DNA of 64,000 nucleotides from Elusimicrobiota bacterium (lineage in GTDB: Bacteria > Elusimicrobiota > Elusimicrobia > Elusimicrobiales > UBA9959), in NCBI GenBank assembly GCA_030651035.1, contig JAUSCK010000293.1, forward strand, positions 12,973-76,972, in the 5' to 3' direction. A program made the translations under genes and the position numbers. Below are positions 57,655 to 64,000 of the stretch, in pieces (positions within the stretch are counted from its first letter, which is position 1; every line of letters begins with the position of its first letter). The notes beneath the pieces are model-generated. The model was not told the origin of the DNA, did no database searches, and was given only the letters and a program-made list of their open reading frames with translations.

Positions 57655-58349
57655 CGACATCAAAAAGCAGCTTTAAGAAAATAGCGTTTGCCGCGGCCCG
57701 CGCCGGGGATTCTAAGAAGGCGCATCCCGTCACCATCTACGACCTGGCCGGCAAGTCGCCGCTGGCTGACTACGCCGTGCTGATGGTGGTGGAATCTTCG
57801 CCGCAGCTGGACGCCGTCGAGGAAGAGGTGCAGGTGCGGCTGAAGCAGGAAGGGATCTACTGCCTGCACAGGGACGGGATGCAATCCAAGAACTGGAAGG
57901 TGCTGGACTACGGCGGGGTGCTGGTGCATGTCTACGACGGCAAGGCCGCCGAGTTTTACGCTATAGACAAGGTCTATGCTGATTTCAGGACGGTGGAATG
58001 GGAAGAGAAGCCGGAGCCGAAACCCGCCGCTCCCGCTGTAAAAACAGCCCCCGCTAGAGAGGCCGCCGCGAAGAAGCCCGCCGTTAAGAAAGCCGCGGCT
58101 AAGAAACCGGCCGCTAAGAAAGCGCCGCTCAAGAAAACCGCGGTTAAGAAACCCGCCGCGAAGAAACCGGCCGCCAAGAAAGTGCCGCTCAGGAAAACCG
58201 CCAAAAAGAGCGTCGCCCCCAAGAAGGCGGCGAAGAAAGCGCCCGTTAAAAAAGCAAAACCCGCGAAAAAGACAGCTAAAAAAAACTCTAAAAAGAAATG
58301 GCCGTCTGATGGGCATAGCCCTTTGAAACGGCACCTGCGCAAGCAATGA
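57651..58349 (+). CDS. rsfS: ribosomal silencing factor RsfS fused to Lys/Ala/Pro-rich histone-H1-like tail
   Basis: N-terminal ~115 aa iojap-like (ADYAVLMVVESSPQLDAV...NWKVLDYGGVLVHVY). C-terminal ~110 aa of AAKKPA/KKAP repeats. Confidence 0.75.
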   Translation: MTTSKSSFKKIAFAAARAGDSKKAHPVTIYDLAGKSPLADYAVLMVVESSPQLDAVEEEVQVRLKQEGIYCLHRDGMQSKNWKVLDYGGVLVHVYDGKAAEFYAIDKVYADFRTVEWEEKPEPKPAAPAVKTAPAREAAAKKPAVKKAAAKKPAAKKAPLKKTAVKKPAAKKPAAKKVPLRKTAKKSVAPKKAAKKAPVKKAKPAKKTAKKNSKKKWPSDGHSPLKRHLRKQ

Positions 58350-59953
58350 AGCTCTCAATCCTTGAAGCCGGCCTGAAAAGCCGCGCGGCGGCGGCCTTTG
58401 CACTGGAAGAGGGGGCGATGGCCGGGTTCCACCTGGCCGCGCCACCCCCGCACATAAGCGCCGATGTCTCCATCGCCTGGCCGATCGCCGGCGCGAAGCT
58501 GCTTAAGAGGCCGCCGCTTAAAATAGCCGAAGAGCTCAAGGCTGTCTTAGGCGCGGAATTCGACGCGCAGTCAGTGCCGCCGGGCTTCGTGAATCTGAAA
58601 TTCGGCGACGCCTTCCTTTTCGAGGCTTTAAGGGACCTGGGAAAACCGGATTGTTTTACCCTGCCGGAATTCAAAGGCGAAAAGATAAACCTGGAGTTCG
58701 TATCGGCCAACCCGACAGGGCCGATGCACCTGGCCAGCGGCCGCGGGGCCACGCTGGGCGACAGCCTGGCCCGCATCTTCAGGGCGCTGGGCGCAGAAGT
58801 CTCCACCGAATTTTATGTTAACGACGCCGGCAAGCAGGTGGAACTGCTCGGGCAGTCCCTTAAAGCCAGGTTCAAAAAGGCTGAGCCGCCCGAGAACGGC
58901 TACCAGGGCGCCTACCTTAAGGACATGGGGGAAGCCCTGCCCGGTGAAGCCTCCGGCTGGACCGACCTCCAGTTCTCGGAACACGCCGTCACCGAAATGC
59001 TGAAGCTGCACCGCGCGGACATGAAAGCTTTTGGCGTGAACTTCGACCGCTGGTTCCTGGAGTCCGAGCTGCACGCCGCCGGCGCGCCGGCCCAGGCGCT
59101 GGCCGTCATTAAAGAGCGCGGCATGGCTTACGAGAAGGACAACGCCGTCTGGTTCGGCACCGCCTCCGAGCTAGAGTCGGATGATAAAGACCGAGTCCTT
59201 GTGAAGGCCGACGGCCGCAATACCTATTTCCTGAACGACATCGCTTACCACCTCAACAAATTCTCCCGCGGCTTCACGCGCCTTATAGATATCTGGGGCC
59301 CCGACCACCACGGCTATGTGCCGCGCATGGAAGCCGCCGTCGGCGCGCTGGCCGGAAGCCAGGGTAAATTCAAAGTGCTCATCCACCAGCAGGTGGCGCT
59401 GAAGCGCGGCGAAGAGACGGTGAAGATGTCCAAGCGGGCCGGAGATTTTATTTCCCTCAAGGAGCTGGTGGACGAAGTGGGCGCGGACGCCTGCCGGTTC
59501 TTCTTTGCCGCCCGCGGCCCGCATACCCACCTCACTTTCGACGTGGATCTGGCGAAGAAGAAGTCCAACGATAACCCGGTTTATTATGTTCAGTACGTGC
59601 ACGCGCGCATAAGCTCCATCTTCGCGAACGCGGCCGCCAAGGGCGTGGACCCGGCGGCGGGTTTTGACGAGGCCAGGATCCTGATCAACGCCGAGGAGCG
59701 CGCGCTGATGCTGAAGCTGCTGTGGCTGGAGAAGACCCTGGCCGACTGCGCGCGGGATTTCTCCCCCCACCACCTGACCACCTACCTGACGGAGCTGTCG
59801 GCGTGTTTTCACTCTTTCTACGACAAGTGCAAGGTGCTCGACCCGGAGCACAAAGAGACCTCGGCCTACAGGCTTTTCCTGCTGGAGCATGTGCGGGGCA
59901 TTATCGCCAAAGGCCTCGGCCTGCTGGGCGTGTCGGCGCCGGAACGGATGTGA
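58346..59953 (+). CDS. argS: arginyl-tRNA synthetase
   Basis: VSANPTGPMHLASGRGATLGD (HIGH-type region), DHHGY, KMSKRAG (KMSK), and a DALR-like C-terminus. ATGA overlap with rsfS. Confidence 0.9.
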   Translation: MKLSILEAGLKSRAAAAFALEEGAMAGFHLAAPPPHISADVSIAWPIAGAKLLKRPPLKIAEELKAVLGAEFDAQSVPPGFVNLKFGDAFLFEALRDLGKPDCFTLPEFKGEKINLEFVSANPTGPMHLASGRGATLGDSLARIFRALGAEVSTEFYVNDAGKQVELLGQSLKARFKKAEPPENGYQGAYLKDMGEALPGEASGWTDLQFSEHAVTEMLKLHRADMKAFGVNFDRWFLESELHAAGAPAQALAVIKERGMAYEKDNAVWFGTASELESDDKDRVLVKADGRNTYFLNDIAYHLNKFSRGFTRLIDIWGPDHHGYVPRMEAAVGALAGSQGKFKVLIHQQVALKRGEETVKMSKRAGDFISLKELVDEVGADACRFFFAARGPHTHLTFDVDLAKKKSNDNPVYYVQYVHARISSIFANAAAKGVDPAAGFDEARILINAEERALMLKLLWLEKTLADCARDFSPHHLTTYLTELSACFHSFYDKCKVLDPEHKETSAYRLFLLEHVRGIIAKGLGLLGVSAPERM

Positions 59954-60214
59954 TGCCGGAGCCGCGGTAAAAACAAGTTCTCTTGCCGCAATTCCCCCCT
60001 GTCTTTCATTTTATCCGTAACACAAGAAGCCCTGGAAATGTTAAAAGCTTTCGATCCAAAATAAATAAACGCCCGGGCCGTCTCCATATTCGCGGTCATC
60101 GGCATACGCCACGCTCGGAACGAATATGCCGTGTTTTTGCATAACCTGCTTATGCTGGGATGGATCTTCGGGGGCGGGGGACACTGGCTGGAAAAGCGGC
60201 TTGCGCGGAGGGCT

Positions 60215-60261
60215 GAAGAGCCGCCGCCGCCGGCAGGGCCGGCGGTTTTGTTTGGTAGAAT
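60215..60261 (+). terminator. conserved terminator-like hairpin, copy 3 of 4
   Basis: GAAGAGCCGCCGCCGCCGGCAGGGCCGGCGGTTTTGTTTGGTAGAAT: hairpin, T-run and a TAGAAT box, 56 nt upstream of the next ATG. Confidence 0.5.
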
Positions 60262-60316
60262 ATCGGGAAGGGTTCCGGGTACCTTTTGGGATAATAAAGT
60301 TCAGGAGAAATTATTT

Positions 60317-60826
60317 ATGGGTAATAAAAGCGCGGTTATTTCGGTAGTTGCGGTCCTGCTCGCCGCCTGCTTCTGGGCGGGTATGGTTTACCGGGAGCGT
60401 TCTCCCTCGCAGGCCGACGAGTTGACGCAGGTGCTGGTGGCCAGGGCTGACCTGCCGGCAAAGAGCGTCCTGAGCGAGGACCTGGTCGAGACAATGCAGA
60501 TACCGCGGCGGTACATGCAGCAGGACGCCTATGAGGTGCGGAGCATGTCCGATATGAAACTGGTGAACAACCTGGTCGCGGCGGTAAGGATCCCGAAGGG
60601 GAACCAGCTCACTCAATCGTGCCTTATCGCCGGGAGCACGAAGGCGGTTGACCCCGCGATCCCGCCCGCGCAGCAGCATTATCTCGAAGGAGTTAAATAT
60701 TTTCAGAACGCCAATTATGAGAAGGCGCGCGAGGAATGGAAGAAAGCTAATAAAATGGACCCGTCCAACGCCGATGCGGCCGCGGGCCTTAAGCGGATAG
60801 ATCAGATACTCTCCGGAGGCAAATAG
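60317..60826 (+). CDS. membrane-anchored SAF-domain (CpaB-like) protein with C-terminal TPR-like helix pair
   Basis: Internal ATG preceded by AGGAGA. TM anchor. VLVARADLPAKSVLSEDLV is SAF-like. YFQNANYEKAREEWKKANKMDPSN is TPR-like. Confidence 0.4.
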   Translation: MGNKSAVISVVAVLLAACFWAGMVYRERSPSQADELTQVLVARADLPAKSVLSEDLVETMQIPRRYMQQDAYEVRSMSDMKLVNNLVAAVRIPKGNQLTQSCLIAGSTKAVDPAIPPAQQHYLEGVKYFQNANYEKAREEWKKANKMDPSNADAAAGLKRIDQILSGGK

Positions 60827-60853
60827 CCGGCAGGCCGCCGGGTTTCCGGCGCT

Positions 60854-60887
60854 GAAGCCGCCGGGGAAGCCCGGCGGTTTTGTTTTT
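60854..60887 (+). terminator. conserved terminator-like hairpin, copy 4 of 4
   Basis: GAAGCCGCCGGGGAAGCCCGGCGGTTTTGTTTTTGCC, 28 nt after the stop at 60826. Confidence 0.6.
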
Positions 60888-61094
60888 GCCGCATACTCGA
60901 AGACGAGGTATGGGCTTGCAGGTATAGCGTGAACCCGGCCGTGATCCTCAGTATGGCGGCGTCAAAGTCGGTTTTGGACGCGCCGCTCCCTTGTCCCGGC
61001 AAGACCTAAAGGGACTTTTTACCGCCCCGTCCACCTTTTTTGTAAAATATGGGTTGGTTGTCTGACGGGCGATACGCTTCCGGAGATCGAACGC

Positions 61095-62132
61095 ATGGCT
61101 GAACTTATCATCGATAAAAACTACAGGTCTAAACTATCCCTTCGGGAAACCGAAAGGGCCATCAAGTTCATCAAGGACAGCTTCCAGATAAATCTTTCCG
61201 TGGCGCTGCGCCTGCAGCGGGTTTCAGCCCCGCTGTTCGTAAGGGGCGGCTCCGGCATCAACGACGACCTGAACGGCAGCGAGAGGAAAGTTTCTTTTCC
61301 CATCAAGCACGATAATTCGCGGGCCGAGGTGGTCTTTTCCCTCGCCAAGTGGAAGCGCATGGTGCTGGCCGACTATAAGTTCCGCACCGGGGAAGGCCTC
61401 TACACCGACATGAATGCCATCCGGCCCGACGAGGATTCCCTGGATAACATCCATTCGGTCTACGTGGACCAATGGGACTGGGAGAGGATAATCACAAAGA
61501 AACAGCGGAGCCTGGCTTTTCTGAGGGCGACGGTCAGGAAAATCTACAGGGCCATGAAGGGGACGGAGCGCGCCGTCCACGCCAAATACCCGGATATACG
61601 CCCCGCGCTTCCCCCCGCCATAACCTTTATCCATTCCGAAGACCTGGCTGAAATGTACCCGGGGCTGGATCCCCGCGAACGGGAACGCAGGGCCGCCGAA
61701 AAACACGGCGCCGTCTTCATAATAGGCATAGGCGGGTCGCTTCACGGCGGAAAACCCCACGACGGCAGGGCGCCGGATTACGACGACTGGACGACGCCCA
61801 CCGGCGGGGGCAGGAAGGGCCTCAACGGAGACATTTTTGTCTGGTACCAGCCTTTGAAGATAGCCCTTGAGATCAGTTCCATGGGGATACGGGTGGACCG
61901 CGGGGCGCTGCTGAAGCAGCTGAAAGAAAAGAACGCGCTCGGCAGGAAGGACCTCTTCTGGCATAAAAGACTCCTGAATAAACAGCTGCCCCTGACCATC
62001 GGCGGCGGCATAGGCCAGTCCAGGCTCTGCATGCTTTTCCTGAAAAAGCTCCACATCGGGGAAGTCCACGCCAGCGTCTGGCCGGACGACATGCGCGCAA
62101 AATGCTCAAAGGCAGGGATCAAGCTTCTGTAG
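61095..62132 (+). CDS. asnA: aspartate-ammonia ligase (asparagine synthetase A)
   Basis: Strong collinear similarity to E. coli AsnA: HSLAKWKR-like SLAKWKRM, LRPDEDSLDNIHSVYVDQWDWERI, RAPDYDDW, LNGDI, SSMGIRVD, TIGGGIGQSRL. Confidence 0.92.
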   Translation: MAELIIDKNYRSKLSLRETERAIKFIKDSFQINLSVALRLQRVSAPLFVRGGSGINDDLNGSERKVSFPIKHDNSRAEVVFSLAKWKRMVLADYKFRTGEGLYTDMNAIRPDEDSLDNIHSVYVDQWDWERIITKKQRSLAFLRATVRKIYRAMKGTERAVHAKYPDIRPALPPAITFIHSEDLAEMYPGLDPRERERRAAEKHGAVFIIGIGGSLHGGKPHDGRAPDYDDWTTPTGGGRKGLNGDIFVWYQPLKIALEISSMGIRVDRGALLKQLKEKNALGRKDLFWHKRLLNKQLPLTIGGGIGQSRLCMLFLKKLHIGEVHASVWPDDMRAKCSKAGIKLL

Positions 62133-62154
62133 GGCCGGGCCGGCGCTTAATTTT

Positions 62155-63354
62155 ATGAACAACTTCATCATGCTTTCCCCCCAGTATCCTCCGCGACTGC
62201 GCTTTTTCGCCAACAGGCTCAAGGCCCGGGGTTTTAATGTGCTGGGCATCGGCGACGCCGACTGGGGGAACCTTGACGAGGCGCTCCGGGCCGACCTTTC
62301 AGAATATTGCCGGGCCGATCTCTCCTGCTACTCCGGCAACGAAGAGCTTGTTTGCGATAAGTATTCCTCCATACTCTCAGCGGTGCGGCACCTGGCCGAT
62401 AAGCACGGCCCGGCCTCCTGCCTGGAATCTTTTAACGAGTGGTGGCTGCCGCTGGACGCGGCGCTCAGGCAGGACCTCGGCATTCCCGGCCTTAAGCCCG
62501 CCGACCTCCCGCGACTGATAAGGAAGTCAGTTATGAAGGAACGGTTCCGGCAGGCGGGGGTTGCCGTGGTCGAGGGCGAGATCGTAACCGGTCTCAGCGC
62601 CCTGCTGGATTTTTTTGAGCGCTCCGGCCGGGATATCGTGGCCAAGCCGGACCGCGGCGTGGGGGCATCCGATACCCGCCGCATAAGGAGCAGGGAAGAG
62701 GCGGAGCGCTTTTTCAACGGCCGCAACCCGGCTTTCCCGTATTACATCGAAAAATTCATTTGCGGCCCCGGCAGGGAGCTGTATTCCTTTGACGGTTTCA
62801 CCGACGCCGCCGGGGAACCGGTCTTCTTTACCTGCCACCATTACATCGACGGCATCCTTGAGGTGGTGGAGGGCAACCCGCTCAGCTACCATAACCTGCG
62901 CCGCGACGAAATACCGGCGGACCTGAAAGCGGCCGGGCTGGCCGCGCTGAGGGCTTTTGACCTGAAGAAGAATTTTTTCCACATAGAGTTCTTCAGGCTG
63001 AACGGCGCCTGCTTCGGCCTGGAAATAAACGCCCGCCCCCCCGGCGTGCTGACCGTAGACATGATCAATCACTCTAAGGGCGTAGACTGCTGGGATCTTT
63101 ACGCGAGGATGTGCGCCGGCGAAAAGCTGGATGTCAGGCTGCCGCGCGACCTGGTCTGCTGCTACGCGGCCCGGGTTTTTGACCGACCCTACCTGCTCTC
63201 CCACGAAGACCTGCTGTCCCGCTACGGCGGGGAAATAGTGTTCCATATGCCTATGGACAGCAAAGTAATGGGGGACTACGCCTACCTGGTGCTGACTGAA
63301 ACCCAGGAGCGGAGGCAGGAGATCCTAGAGCGGATATCCGCGCTGCGGGGCTGA
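62155..63354 (+). CDS. ATP-grasp-fold carboxylate-amine ligase, specificity unknown
   Basis: 399 aa. Central KSVMKERFRQAGVAVVEG...IVAKPDRGVGASD and FHIEFF...GLEINARPPG match the ATP-grasp layout. Confidence 0.6.
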   Translation: MNNFIMLSPQYPPRLRFFANRLKARGFNVLGIGDADWGNLDEALRADLSEYCRADLSCYSGNEELVCDKYSSILSAVRHLADKHGPASCLESFNEWWLPLDAALRQDLGIPGLKPADLPRLIRKSVMKERFRQAGVAVVEGEIVTGLSALLDFFERSGRDIVAKPDRGVGASDTRRIRSREEAERFFNGRNPAFPYYIEKFICGPGRELYSFDGFTDAAGEPVFFTCHHYIDGILEVVEGNPLSYHNLRRDEIPADLKAAGLAALRAFDLKKNFFHIEFFRLNGACFGLEINARPPGVLTVDMINHSKGVDCWDLYARMCAGEKLDVRLPRDLVCCYAARVFDRPYLLSHEDLLSRYGGEIVFHMPMDSKVMGDYAYLVLTETQERRQEILERISALRG

Positions 63355-63403
63355 CGGCGGAGTTAAGCGGCGCGGTTTTGGCAGCGGCCTGATAGTTATA
63401 AAT

Positions 63404-63886
63404 TCAATGCTGGAGTCTTAGGGCGACCAGGAAGAGGTAGTCGGAGAGGCGGTTGAGGTAGACGGCGGGGCCTTTGGCTTTAATTTCCCAGGCGAGGATC
63501 TCGCAGACCCGGGTTTTGGCCCGGGCCAGGTGCGCCAGCGCTTCCGTTTCGTTCGCGCCGGGCAGTATAAACTTCTTCGGCGGCTTTATCTCTTCCGCGC
63601 GCGCGTTTATTATCGTTTCCAGCGCGGCGGTCTCGTCTTTAAGCGTCCCTTTCATGCCCGCTATCATGCCGCCGGCGCGGATAAGCGCGGCCTGCGCCGC
63701 TGAAATTTCATCCTTTGTTTTTCTGTCCTTTATCCCGGTTTTAAGCAGGCCCAGCAGCGCGGAGAGGTCGTCGGCCAGGGCGTTGAGTTTCACGCGGCAA
63801 TGGGTTTTGGGCACGCGCCTGCCGCCGAAGAGGTCGGTGAACCCGAGGTCTCCGGAGCCCATTTTCGGCTTAAAATCTTTCGGCAT
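63404..63886 (-). CDS. PduO-type ATP:cob(I)alamin adenosyltransferase
   Basis: GSGDLGFTDLFGGRRVPKTHCRVKLNALADDLSALLG matches the GDxGxTxLxxGxRVxK...DELxxxxG N-terminal signature. True start may be the internal ATG. Confidence 0.7.
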   Translation of the reverse strand: MPKDFKPKMGSGDLGFTDLFGGRRVPKTHCRVKLNALADDLSALLGLLKTGIKDRKTKDEISAAQAALIRAGGMIAGMKGTLKDETAALETIINARAEEIKPPKKFILPGANETEALAHLARAKTRVCEILAWEIKAKGPAVYLNRLSDYLFLVALRLQH

Positions 63887-63887
63887 A

Positions 63888-64000
63888 TCAGAGCTTGAAT
63901 TCGGCGACTTTCTTTAGGACGAAAGCGCATATTTCCGGCGGCAGCTCACCTGAGGCCGCGGCCAGCTTTTTCCCTATAGGCCCGGAGTCGAACAGCCCGT
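63888..64000 (-). CDS. hypothetical protein, only the C-terminal 37 codons in window
   Basis: Frame is open to the window edge and ends ...ICAFVLKKVAEFKL-TGA. The stop lies 1 nt upstream of the next ATG (63886). No motif. Confidence 0.3.
   Translation of the reverse strand, partial: GLFDSGPIGKKLAAASGELPPEICAFVLKKVAEFKL

Overview
GC-rich bacterial chromosomal window containing the replication-origin neighbourhood. dnaA, dnaN, a DUF721 gene, gyrB and gyrA lie on the minus strand, and two perfect TTATCCACA DnaA boxes sit at the dnaA start (about 48.07 kb). Other recognisable content: a complete futalosine-route menaquinone cluster (UbiD/UbiA/UbiX-type genes plus mqnE-A-C-D-B, 16.8-24.1 kb); an mlaFED-like operon; a large LplT/PlsC/Aas-type fusion; tldD/pmbA; proC, asnA, argS and pilT; a nadD-yqeK fusion; and several two-component genes, including a sigma-54 activator facing a good -24/-12 promoter. 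I recognised no rRNA, tRNA, CRISPR array, transposase or integrase. Most unusual items: (1) At 27.9-28.3 kb a consensus sigma-70 promoter and a GC hairpin bracket a transcript whose RNA would be almost adenine-free. The + strand has one T in 266 nt, so all six frames lack stop codons, and the unit sits in a zone of decayed genes. (2) A visibly more AT-rich four-gene island (11.4-14.5 kb) is bracketed by a truncated and an intact copy of a macro-domain gene, plus inner ~70-bp direct repeats. (3) A second insertion has the same architecture: a response-regulator/histidine-kinase gene flanked by diverged 138-bp copies of the nadD-yqeK 3' end. (4) Two small repeat families occur: an ~85-bp palindromic REP/MITE-like element (2 copies) and a conserved terminator-like hairpin (4 copies, bracketing individual genes). 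(5) An operon links a small exported protein, a family-5 solute-binding protein, a YcaO-like protein and a histidine kinase. All functional calls rest on motif recognition by eye; no database search was run.
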